64,000 bases of DNA from Nageia nagi (taxonomy: Eukaryota; Plantae; Pinophyta): the NCBI GenBank assembly GCA_050084985.1, contig JBITNC010000002.1:3100001-3164000 (forward strand), in the 5' to 3' direction. Position numbers and translations under genes: made by a program. The notes beneath the pieces are model-generated. The model was not told the origin of the DNA and did no database searches. It saw only the letters and a list, made by a program, of their open reading frames with translations. Below are positions 51,157 to 64,000 of this stretch, piece by piece (within the stretch, counting starts at the first letter, position 1; each line of letters starts with the position of its first letter).

Positions 51157-52209
51157 TTGCCTTGTGATATTTTTTCCTTCTTGCCAAAAGTTTGAGAAAA
51201 AATGTGCTTTCCTTGGGAAGATTTTTTCTTTGTTACATATAATCTACCTTATGAAGTTATGGTTTCTATCCATGACCAAGGGATGATTATTGTTAAGCAT
51301 ATAAGCTTGTAGATCACAACCAACCATTCTAGTATGAAAGAGACTAAGAATGAGAGAAAAAATTAATGAAAAGAGCTTGGTGAATAGTGTGTACTTCTGT
51401 TTGTAAAATATCCCATGCATGTCCTATGTAACTTGTTTTCAATGAAACTTTATTTACAGCCCACTCCTTGTCTACAACAACCCAACGCCCATACATAAAT
51501 GGAGATGAAAACATGTTGAATAGCATAAAGAATAGTTTGTACTTGTATTTGGAGAAAGAAAATTGCACATCATAATGCAATTATCAGGGTCTCAGTTTCA
51601 CACATGCAGTCATCTACCACCACCCAATATGAAGAATTATAAATGCAACCCTTACATCCTCCACATCACCTCCTCTCTCTCATCGATAGTCCATGCATCT
51701 CTCCTTGTCTCTTGCATGCAAATTCCAATCCATTACCCTATGTTTGTAGTATGTGATATTGTATGTCTTATGCCCATAACTATTGAAGGATTTGTTTACC
51801 TCCTAATGTCTCATTGATTATGTTTCTCCCTCATCAATAACCATATTCATTAATATTTAATTTAATATTTGTGTTGACCAAAAATAATGCATAAGTGATA
51901 AAATAAGGCACTATTTGTCTACAATATAATATTGAGGTAATAATTAGAAATATGGCATCAAACAAACATGATATTCAATGTACCTTCATTGCATTTGCAT
52001 CAACATAAAATAATAAAGATCATACATCAATAATCATAGTGCACCATAAGAAACGCACACTGACAACGACTTAGAAGTACATCACTAGCTACGAGAAAGA
52101 AGCAGATCTACAAATACAAGTAAAGATGTGTGAAAGTAAGATGAAAGGTTTAATAGATCTACGTAAAGGTGGTGTTACAAAATACCATTGTTGGTTAGAT
52201 AAAATGATA

Positions 52210-52480
<271 letters not shown>

Positions 52481-53311
52481 TCGATTATCGATTGTGTTTC
52501 TTTCGATATTCTTTGCAAAGGTGGTGTTACAAAATTCCATTGTTGGTTATATCGAATGATATTGCATATTTTTCTCTCTCTCGATTATCAATTGTGTTTC
52601 CTTTGATATTCTTTTATAGAAACATATTGATCCTCTTTGATTCTTGGAATCATTACACATTACATTATTTGTGGTGTATTTCTTGATATTTGAAATCTTT
52701 TACATTGTAACATGTTCCATTATATTTATTACATTTCCTTAGGGTATATTTTAACCCTCTTTACAATAAATATTCTTTAATGCTATAAAATGAATTATTT
52801 AATAAATAATAATTCATTTTTAATCATCTACAATTTGCTTACCATCATCAAGTAAAAATTACCTGACCTTTAAAACTTGAAGTTGTAACATATTATATGA
52901 ACTTCTTACCCGACCAATTATTTGAGAATCAAACATTACATTCTTGAATTTCCTAAAAAGCTAGTACACATATTCTTTGTATGAAAGAATTCAAGCCAAA
53001 TAAAAAAAACATATAGAGAACTTAATAATATTTTACCAACATATATTAAAATATTTGGAGGAGATAAAATGTTCTAGCTACATTACAATATTTATTATCT
53101 TCCCATAAAAATAAAGCCTTTGAGTTGAAGTTCTCAAATTTGACAAATAAAACCAACTCAAGTGGTTATTTGGTCAAGTAAGAGCCCTTTGGTCCATTAG
53201 CAACACATCAAAGTTATCATAAAGTGGTCATAAGTTCAAATCTCTATTAAAATTTATTTTTGATATATGTAAATTTAAACAATAATCATATGTTTCAATT
53301 TTAAAGGTATT

Positions 53312-56300
53312 TGTTAACACCTAAAAAGGAATTTTAATTTAATTAAAATACCCTTTTAGGTATTCTAAATTATTTATTTATTTTATCAAACAAATGCTCT
53401 TATCATTATGCAATCTCATATAGCTTTTATGTCTTATGATAACATATTAGATCGACATCACAATAAGCCTAAGGAGGAGCTTTGCATAAGCAATTATGGC
53501 ATGATCATAAATCCTTGATAGGTTCTTAATGCCACCTATCATATATGGATTTTGTTATACTTTGAGCTCTGCATTGCTACGATCTTTTCCATCCATTCGC
53601 ATGCAATAGCATGAGCATCGAAGGTGGGATGACAATATCAAGTGAAAGGGTGAGGCAATTTGAAAAGATAATCAGGTGGCACCATTGGGATCCTAACATT
53701 GGCACTGGGTTGAGGTTGGATTTATGGCTCCATTCTTTGAAGAAGCTCATCATTCATCCTCTTTTGATCAAATATTACCTTCATTCATTATGAAAGGTAA
53801 AGTACATGTTTGTATCTTTCATAAATCCAATTTGATAGGTCAAAGTCAATTAGGTCATTATCATCTTTCATGTCATCATTTACTATTATTTCATAATTAA
53901 TTGGTTAAATTGAATATGTTGTAAATAATCCTAATTATTATTATTTCAGTTATAACAATCAATGAACGTGAATTCTTTTTGACACATCACTTTATCTTTC
54001 ACTAGTTACACCAAAAACCTTAGGGTTTTTGGATAAGACTAATCTTGCATTTCAAGTATTTTATAAATGGAACTTGCTGAGTTTCTTGCCATGGTGAATA
54101 GCTTTGATGAGGCAAAAAAAGCTAATTTGAAAAGATGCTTTATGGAAATGAGGATAAAAGTGAAGGCTCTAATATTGTGGGAAATAGTCATTCTATTGTT
54201 TCCACTCCTCTCATTTTTAGGGATTCAAATCCACTATGTGATGAAATCTACAATACTAGGGTATCAAATCTATAGGTGGAGCCTATCTTCGATTCATATA
54301 ATGGTGAGGGAGATCTTATAGCTCATATGAAGGCTTTCAAAATGAATTTTGAATTGAAATTCAAAATGAATGATAATTTGATAGAAAAATACTTCCCTAC
54401 TATATTCCAAGATGATGAACTCAATTAGTACTTCTCTTTACCTACCCACTAAGTCAATTAATTGTTATGCACAACTTATCTCATAATTCAATATCCATTT
54501 CAAATATCATGATCCTAGATAAATGATAGTTTTAGATTTAGTTAGTGCTATCCAATGTCCAAATGAAAGATTTGATAAGTTTGCATAAAGATTTCAAAAG
54601 ATATGGAGCATGATTCATGATCCATTATTTGAGTCCCATGTCACATCCATGTTTGTTCACAACATCCACCCTAAATTGAAATTCATCACTTTGGATTACA
54701 TGATACTACCATTTACAAAAATTATGCATAGGCTTACCCAAAAGGACAAGTGCTTAGTTGATATGGATGATTTAAAGTATGGGATCCTCTTAAGGAGACA
54801 AAGGGGGGAAGATATTAGAAAAAGTATGAAAAGAGGTTCATGCCATAGAACAATCCCTATCCAAAGAGTAACAAAAGAATGAAGAAAAATAAATTTTTAA
54901 TAAGAACACTAGGTTACCTTTAGATTTTACCATTATGTTCAAGGATTTTCTCTAAAAGGAATTGCTCAAACCTAATCCAAAATAAGAACTTGATCCCCAT
55001 GATGATAAATCTAGTTGGTACAATGAGGTAGAATTTTATGAATATCATAAGGTTAAATGTCAAAAAATGAATGCTTGTATGATCCTAAGAGAATAATTAC
55101 AAAAATTGTTAGATGATGGAAAGTTATAGTATGAGGCCCATGTAGTTTATTTAGAATAAGTTGAACCACTTACGATGAATATCATATTCAATTAGGAATT
55201 ATGTGATGCTGCTAGAAGAGGATGGCATAAAGGGAATGTCAATCTAGCCATGACTGAAAGAACAGAAGTCCTTTGAAATTATGGTAGAAATAACTCCTTA
55301 AGCAATTAAATATAACTCATGCCAAGATAAGTATTTTTAAACTTTTGCAATTTTTAGTTGATCATAGAAATGCTCTATTTGATGCACTTAAAAAGAATGA
55401 AGTTGATGCACATATTCTTATTGTTAAATTTTAGAAATTAGTAACTAATCTTAATACAGATCTAGTTTGTAACATGCTTTGCTTTCAAGATAGTGAATTT
55501 CCTAGTGAAGATGTTATAGAAAAGAATCTAGGATTGTATATCTGTGTTAATGTTGATGAAGTTCCTATTAAAAATCTTTGATTGATACTAGTTATAATGT
55601 ATATGTTTATTTAGTTGAATTATTGCAAAAATATTCTCCTTTGATTTATGCAAAAATGAAGAGAACTATGATTAGCATAAAAGGGTTTGATAATACTAAA
55701 AAGGAATGCATTAGATACGTAACTATGTCTATTGCAGTAGGAGGTATAATTGTTCATCAAAAAGTTTATATTTTTCAAGTTAAATTACCATATAACTTGT
55801 TGCTTGATAGATCATGGATCCATAAGCTTAGGGTTGTTACTTCCACATTACAAAAATCAATTAAATTTATGCACAAAGGTAAGTAGGTCACTATTCATGC
55901 AGAAGATAACTCTATAGATGTATATCAAGTAGTTGAGAGATTTTGGATCCCCCACAATTTGGTTGAAAGTGAGGAGGATACATCAACACCTATCAATGAC
56001 ATCAATTCGTAAGAGGTAAGTTTGGGTATATACAAAATCCTAAAGATTAACATCTAGAAAAACTTTAGAGAGCTTGGACAACCCAAGTCTATTCCTAGAA
56101 CCTAGCATTGCCACCCATATGAAGAAAAAATTAAGCATCCTCTCTCCATTGCTGAGAAGGATAAAGATGTTTTTGAAGATTTCAATATGTTGTATCAGGA
56201 ACACAAGGAAAAAATTGCATCAAAAAATTAAGATACTACCTTTGTCTCGTAAATTTTGTTAGGCCAGGTAAGTATGCATTTCAATAGTATTGATTTTGCT

Positions 56301-59300
56301 TTCACTAACCAATACATGCATACATGTTAATATGGTGGAAAAGAATTAAGTAAAAATAAGCAAGTTATCATAGATCTAATACCAAATGAAGGATAATTGG
56401 CATTGGAATTGATGAGTCCACACCTAGCACACCATCATTAGCTCCAACCATTCAGTATGTTGATAGCAATGATCAGGATAGCACCAGAGACATCTTTGAT
56501 AAGTGGTTGCATTATTGTATGATGTAGGTTCCTATGGACGAATTACAAGCTTACTATGCATATCTATTCTTACCACATATTACTTTGGTTCGAGTGTACA
56601 TATTCCAAAATTATGATGTTATTATTGAGAAATTAGAGGCACGATGTGAGTTCCCCAAATCCATTGAAAAGAGACTCGCATTTTGGTTCATGCGACATCA
56701 GACCTATTTCGATAAGGAGTTTTGTACATATGATGCAAATATTATATTTTAATTTATTTCTCATTTTTTTTCTTTCATTCATTTTTTATTGATTCAATCC
56801 TAGGTTTAGGTAGTTGAACTTTAAATCATCAATCTTCCTCTTCCTTAATGGATTGATATCATTAGGATCTTAGTGTCATAACTCTATTTTTTATGAATCT
56901 TATGACTAATTTTAGATGTAGGATTGGAAGGATTTCCTATGCTTTCCCAATTCAATGATGAAATATCATATCTTAGTGAAGAAATAGTAGAAGTAAACAC
57001 TGGTACCCAAGAGGACCCAAAGTTCATCAAAATAGGAGCTTGGTTAATCTTGGAAGAAAGGGAAAGGTACCGCCAATTGTTACAAGAATTTTTTGATATA
57101 TTTGCTTGGTATTATTCTAATATGTCTTTTCTTTATCCTAATTTTATCATTCATAACCTAGTTTTCAATGAAAATGTTAAACTCGTCAACAAAACAGAAA
57201 AATGCATCTGGAGCTTTGCAAAAAAATAATCAAAGACCATTTATGTTTTAGTATTCTAATAATTATTCTCATGGACTTTAACATTGTTTTATTACTAATC
57301 CTATGGTGAAATATGATTTTGTATAGATTTTAGGGTATCACAAGCATATCCAAAAGATACTTCCTTTTCTATATTGATATGTTGTAGATTCAATAGCAGT
57401 ATAAAATTGTTTCTTTCATGGATGATTTTTTTAGTACAATAAATAAAGGATCATTAAAAATTGTTTACTTCTGGGATATTTTGTTGAGGTCATAAGCTTA
57501 GTCTAAAAATGCATTATAAGTGAAGGCAACTTATCAAAGAGCAATGGTGAGTATGTTCTATGATATGATCCATGAAAGTGTTGAGGTGAATGTTGATGAT
57601 ATCTTAGCAAAATCTACATCCAAAGATGATCACATTTTATATTTGAGAAACATATTCCAAATAATAAGAGATTACAAGTTGAAATTGAAGCCTTAAAAGT
57701 ATGCATTTACAGTCTTATTAGGTAAATTGCTTGGTTTTATTATTTCCAGAAGAGGTATTGAGGTGAATCCTAAAGAATTTTTAGCCATTGTTAAATTTCC
57801 ATCTCCTAAGAATTTAAAATATTTTAGAAGCCTTCAAGATAAGGTTCAAGTTGTTAGAACGTTCATTGCTCAATTAGTAGATATGACTTCTCCCTTTTCT
57901 CATTTGCTAAAAAAAGGTGAGAAAATAGTTTGGGATGACAAGTATTAAAAGGCTTTGGATAAGATAAAAAGGTACCTTAATAATGCTCCAATTTTATCCC
58001 CTTATGATTTAGATAATATTTTGTTACTTTATATCTCAACAACATTAAGTGTACTAGGGAAAATGTTAGCTTAAAAAGATGATAACGATAAGGAAAGAGC
58101 AATTTATTATATCAGAAAAACTTTACTTGATTATGAGACAAGGTACACACTAATAGAAAATATGTGTTTTGCAATTATCTTCTCAATTGAAAATTTAATA
58201 CATTACATGCTTGGAAATAAAATATATAACATAGCTCAAGCTAATCCTCTCAAATATCTCATGTCCAAATCCTACCTATTCGAAAGAGCTACAAAATGGG
58301 TAATATTACTTCAAGAGTTTGATTTGCTCTCTATCACCTAGAAATAAATTAAGGGACATGTTATACCAAATTTCATTACAAATCACCCAAGAAAAGAATT
58401 AGCAAATACTTAGGAGGAGTTCCCAAATGAAGTGGATGATCAAATAGTTCATGACCCTAGTATCATTACTACACTCCAGGGTTGTCATTTCATTACAGAG
58501 CCTAATTATCCTCAATATATTGTTGGTTTTATGGAACATGATGAATGGACCCTATTCTTTGATAGTTCTAAATGCATTCACGGAGCAGGGCTAGGAATTA
58601 TCTTAATCAATACTCATAGTGATGTTATCCATATGTCTTAACATTTAAGTTTTGATTGCACTAACAACATGGCATAATATGAAGCTCTTATTTTAGGTAT
58701 AAAGGATGCAATACCCCTGAAGGTTAAAAGGGTAAAAATATTGGTGATTTTCAACTAATTGTGAAATAAGTTTCTAACATCTATAATACAAAGTACATTA
58801 AGTTGCAATCATACAAAAAAATGGTCACAAGTCTCCTCATATACTTCAATGAGTATGAAATTGACAACATTCTAAGAGACAACAATAGGTATGCTAATGT
58901 TATGGCTAGTGTTGCTTCCCTTTATCCTATTAGCATAAAAGATGAAAAAATTATTCTTACAATAAAAAATATAGGTAAGCCATATCATGAGCATGTTGTT
59001 TAAGATTTTGTTGAAGATCAATGTTCTACAACTACTAGTATTAATGTGTGTGAATGGTATCAAAATATTTTTTATTATCTTAAAGATGTAGTAGTTCTTA
59101 TTTCCTTTTATCACAATGCTATAATTAGACTTAATAAGCTAGCTACAAAATATGTCATCATTAGTGATTTGTTATATAGAAGGTATTTTGATGGTGTTCT
59201 TCTTAGATGTTTAATGAGACATGAAGTAGAAATGGTCCATCATCAAGCTCATGATGGTGAATGTGGTGGACACTTTAATGCTAAATTTGTTTATCAAAGG

Positions 59301-61938
59301 TTGACTAAACTACGTTATTATTGTTCTATTATGCTTTAATATGGTGAATTGCATATTAACAAATGTGAGAAATATCAAAAGTATGCTAAGCTTCAACCTT
59401 CTCCTTCTCATAGATTGCAGTCTATTATTTCTCCTTAACCTTTTTCTATTTGGGCACTTGATTTTATTGGTAAAATCAACCCTCTTTCAAGATATGTCCA
59501 TAATTTTATCATTACAACTATAAAATACTCCACAAAATGGGTGGACACTATCCCCATGAAGTCAACAAAAAGAGATTAGATTGTTGAATTTCTTATTGAA
59601 TTTATCATTTCTAGATATGGTGTACCTTATAAATTGGTCATGGACAATGGTACAAGCTTTAGAGATAATTAAGTTAAAACATTTTGTGATAAGTATCATA
59701 TTGAAATAAAATCATCTACACCTTATTATCCCCAAGGTAATGATCAAGATGAAGCTTCTAACAAAATCATAAAGAGTATCTTATCCAAAACTATTGTACA
59801 ACATGGTAAATATTTGCATGAACAACTCCCTAATGATTTGTGGGCCTATATAATAGGTATAATCAGTTTTGAAGGGGCAAACCCTTTCTTCTTAATGTAT
59901 GGTGATGAAGTTGTAGTTCCATTAGAAGTAAAGATCTCATCCTTACATGTGTCACTAAATGGTCTCATTCTTGATGAAGATAAAAGAAAAGCTAGATTAG
60001 CCCAACTAGAAGTCCTAGATGAAAAATGGGTTAATGCTCTAAAAAACCTCATGTCTATCTTTTCAGAATCCAAAAATCCTATAGAAAAAAGATCAACCCT
60101 AAAGAGTTCAAGGTTGGTGACTTAGTCGTAAAAGAAAATCTTGCTAGCATAAAAGATTTAGAAAATAAAAAGAAAGGTAAGTTCGAACCTAATTGGATAG
60201 GTCCTTACATTATCATTGCAAATTATGAAAAAGGTGCATATAAATTATCCACAATCAAAGGTAAAGAACATAATCCAATTAATGTTATGTATTTGAAAAA
60301 GTTTTATATCGATCTTTTTCGTAAAAATGTGTATTTCTTCATTTTTAAGTACTAGCATTTTAGGAAAACAAAGCAATAACCCAACAATGTTGTTTGTTCC
60401 TGAAGATGTTATTGCATTACAAAAGTCAAAAAAATCAAAATGTTTTATATTTCCTTATTAATCATGATAAAATGGTGAAAAAGATAATTGGTTTTTCATA
60501 AAAATTACTTATCATAAATAAGGCTTATTAGATATTTTTGTGAAAAATTGCTTGTCATATCAAAACATATCACATGTCAAAAATATTTTTGTATTATGTT
60601 ATTGCTCTTATCATTGGACACCTCTGTAATGGAGGGGAACTCTTATAAGAAAATTCATAGAAACATGGTGTCTTGGGAAACCAAGTTAATCATTCTTATC
60701 ATTTAACACCTTTGTAAGGAAGGCTCAATCTTATCATTTGACACCTTTGTAAGGAAGGATCATTCTTATCATTTAACACCTTGTAAGGAAGGGTAGATCT
60801 TATCATTTGGCATCTTTGTAAGGAAGTGCCATCCATATCAAAAATTCATGGTAGCATGGTGGCATGGGAAACCAAGTTGATCAGTTAAATTGGCAATTTA
60901 TCTTCATAATTCTTTGTGGGTAAGTCATCAAGAATAGGTTTGATATCTTATCATACTTTATATATCATCATGTTTAATGTCTATATTTGATATATATTGC
61001 ACAAAAATATTTCTTGTAAAAATTTCTTTTTAGGTTCTTTGCCTTTGCCTTAGATTGCTCCTATTATTAGAGGTCCATCATGTTACAACCAAGCCAAAGA
61101 GGGGGCATAATATAAGTGAAAAATTGGGGCATCCAAAGCTACCACAATGAGATAATTTTTCAGGAAGTACTTTCTTATTTTTCTTGTTCTACTTTGAAAT
61201 TATGTTTTGATTATATTTTATCCCAAAAGCATCAAACCACCTAAAATGGAATTTTAATTTAATTAAAAAACACTTTTAGGTATTTGAAATGATTTATTTA
61301 TTTTATCAAATAAATGTTCTTATTATTATGCAATCTCATATACCTTTATGCTTTATAATAATAGGTTAGCCCAACATCATAATAAGCCTAAGGAGGAGTC
61401 TTAGCACTATACCTATTACTTATAAAGGTGGAGGTATTTTGCATAAGCAATTATGGCATGATCTTGAATCCTTGATAGGTGGCAATATACTTGTGAATGA
61501 TGTTTCTTAACGCCACCTATCATCTCTTGATTTTATTATACTTTGAGATCTGCATTATTATGATGTTCTCCATCTATTCAAGCGTGATATTATGAGCATT
61601 GAAGGTTTGATGATGACATTGAGCAAAAGGATGAGGCAATTTATAAAGGTAACTAGGTGGCATCATTGGGATCCTAGCATTGGCGCTAGGTTGAAGTTGG
61701 ATTTATGGCTCCATTATTCTGGGAAGCTCATCATTCATCCTCTTTTAATTGAATATTTCCTTTTTTCATCGTGATAGGTAAAGTACAATTTTATATCTTT
61801 CATAAATCCATTTTGATAGGTCAAGTTCAATTAGGTCATTATCATCTTTCATGTCATAATTTATTGTTATTTTGTGGTTAATTGGTTAAATTGAATATGT
61901 TGTAAATAACTCTAATTATTATTATTTCGATTATAACA
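53312..61938 (+). mobile_element. Full-length but decayed Ty3/gypsy LTR retrotransposon, Tat/Ogre type with additional RNase H
   Basis: LTRs at 53312-53957 and ~61111-61938 (both end TTATAACA); near-TSD GTATT/GTATC; PPT AAAGAGGGGG at ~61096. gag YNGEGDLIAH, protease LIDTS...YNLLLDRSWIH, RT LLGFIISRRGIEVNP, second RNase H WTLFFDSS...GAGLG...CTNNMA, integrase HDGECGGH and YYPQGN. Many stops. Confidence 0.92.
60694..60826. repeat. ~35-bp tandem repeat x4 in the gypsy 3' UTR
   Basis: TCTTATCATTTAACACCTTTGTAAGGAAGG variants at 60694, 60729, 60764 and 60798. Confidence 0.9.
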
Positions 61939-62091
61939 GTATCTAATATTTTTTGAAATAAACTCATTAAATTAATGCCTTAGAGATTAAAAGAACCTTT
62001 GAAGCTTATAAATAATTTTGCAAACTTTAGAGAGAGTGTAATTTCTTTTTTGCAAATTAGTGATTGAATACTGAATCTTATAGAGATAATC

Positions 62092-64000
62092 ATGGCCTAG
62101 ATAATCCCAAAAAACTTTATTGCCTAATTCCCAAATTTTGAAGGGTAGTAACTATGCCTCTTGGAAAATGAAAATTCAAATAATCTTAGAGTTCAAATAA
62201 GTGTGGGACATTATAACTTAAAAAGAAACTTGTCCAACGATAATCGATGAAGATTAAACTAAGTTTCATCAAAGAAGTAGGAAAGCTTGCATAATCATTT
62301 TCCTTGGAATTTTAGATGATATGCAACCTTATACTCAAGACTCCAAATATTTTTCATAAGCATGGAAGAAATTGTAGCAGGTATTTTCATCAAAGACTCA
62401 AAATCAAATTCTACATTTGCAAGGATAGTTACAAACTATGAAATTGAAAATTGGTGAATAAAATGAATCCTTTATTCATAGAGTTTTCAACCTCCATTTC
62501 TCCCTACTAGATTTGTATGAGATGATGGATGATAAGATACTTGTACCCATTATCTTTAGAACACTCTTGAAGATATATTGTACCTTTGTGAGAACCTTGA
62601 ACACCCTGAAGCAAACACCTAACTTTGAAGAGTTGGTATGAATGTTACAAGAAGAATAAATTTTACATAAATATCCCCATGAAGAGGAACAAGCCATGAT
62701 ATCCAATCAAAGAGGCAATAAGTGCTTCCATCATAAAGATAAAGATCAAAAATTCTCGCAATCCAGTGACAAGTAGAAGAAGAGTTGTATGATTTATGGT
62801 AAGAAAAGGCATGAATTACAAGATTATTGGTATAATTATTTTGCTAAAGGATATTTAAGAAATAAGAATAAAAAGGACCAAATCATCAAAATCAAGGGGA
62901 CTGGAAAGAAATAATACCACGACCACAAAAATGATAACAAGAAAATGTTACCAGTGATGTTGAAGAAGCAACTAATAAATTTAATAATCTCACTCTTGTT
63001 CATTAAGATAAATATTTAGTTTCATCCAATTGGTGTGTTGATTCTAGTGCTTCCAAGAATATGATTGGTCAAAAGGATTGGTTTATTTATTTGTATGAAA
63101 ACTCCAATCCTAGTCAAGTACATTTGGGCAATGATACACCCCATGATATTGAAGGCAAGGGTGATATTCAAGTTCAACTTGGAAAGAATAATTTTGAAAT
63201 CAAATAGGTATTATATGTGATAGGGCTCATAAAGAACCTCTTATTAGTTAGTTAGATGCAGGATAAACTTTGAAGGTGGAGTTTAATACTATGAAAGGTG
63301 AGAAGGTTTGTTTCATTCAAAAAAATTTGAGATTATCGAATTATAGAGAAAGCTCAAGGAATTGGGAAGATATTTTTTCTTGATATTATATCTTTCAACA
63401 ACTAAGCTCTCAATGTTTGTGTTGTGGATGTCGGCATCCATTAGCACTAATGATTTGGATACATGAATCTAAACTACCTAATCACTCTACAAAATAAGGA
63501 TATGGTCTACCATCCCTTTCTTCTCCTACTAATGTTTGTTCTACTTACATCATAACAAAACAACATAAAATTTCATTTGATGCTAGCACACATCGTACTA
63601 CAATACCTCTTGATGTGATTTACATTTATCTATGCAGACCTATGAGAGCTAGAAACACTTACTTCATATACTTCCTCATGTTTTTTGATGATTACTTCAA
63701 GAAAATGTTGGTGTACTTGTTAAAAATAAAGGATGAAATCTTTCACTATGTCAAAGAGTTCAAATATCGTGTGGAGAATGCCATTAGTCATCACATCCAT
63801 GTTCTCTACTCAGATTGAGATGGAGAATATACTTATCAAATAAGTTTTTTACATTATTTAAGCAACATGGAATTCAACAATAGTTGATCACACCTTGCAT
63901 ACCACAACAAAATGGGGTTTGTGAAAGGCAAAAATATGACCATAGTTGAAATGGTGAGAACTATGTTGAAAGATGCAAATATGGACAAAAGGATTCAGAC
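62092..64000 (+). mobile_element. Decayed Ty1/copia gag-protease-integrase running off the window end
   Basis: NYASWKMKIQIILE, WCVDSSASKNMIG, YFLMFFDDYFKK and PQQNGVCER, with many stops. Confidence 0.88.

Noticed and set aside
53611-61774. Similar 60-aa ORFs at 53611 and 61592 as a gene pair
   Set aside because: They are the same position in the two LTRs of one gypsy element.

Overview
Eukaryotic plant nuclear DNA: AT-rich, CpG-depleted and dominated by transposons. The PPR motif style, old LTR elements and a possible very long intron suggest a gymnosperm/conifer (inference). The only recognisable host gene is a plant aldehyde oxidase (AAO) on the minus strand: exon 1 at 13949-14108 and exon 2 at 11803-13587. 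I did not find its Moco-domain exons in the window. A ~2.55 kb tandem duplication placed a second promoter, exon 1 and truncated exon 2 directly upstream of it. The rest is a nested TE mosaic: a near-complete Ty1/copia with LTRs, TSD, PBS and PPT (26069-31123), four decayed copia pieces, two Tat/Ogre-type Ty3/gypsy elements carrying an additional RNase H, a decayed L1 LINE, a hairpin array plus a large decayed accessory ORF (0.4-7.6 kb), and CACTA remnants. The most unusual signal is CACTA-associated segments carrying antisense, tandemly amplified, chimeric PLS-class PPR fragments centred on the conserved LIDMYAKCG motif (Pack-CACTA-like; a candidate small-RNA source against PPR genes). Three microhomology-bounded tandem duplications and a microsatellite expanded in one of two duplicated units are also visible. 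All coordinates and counts were made by eye.
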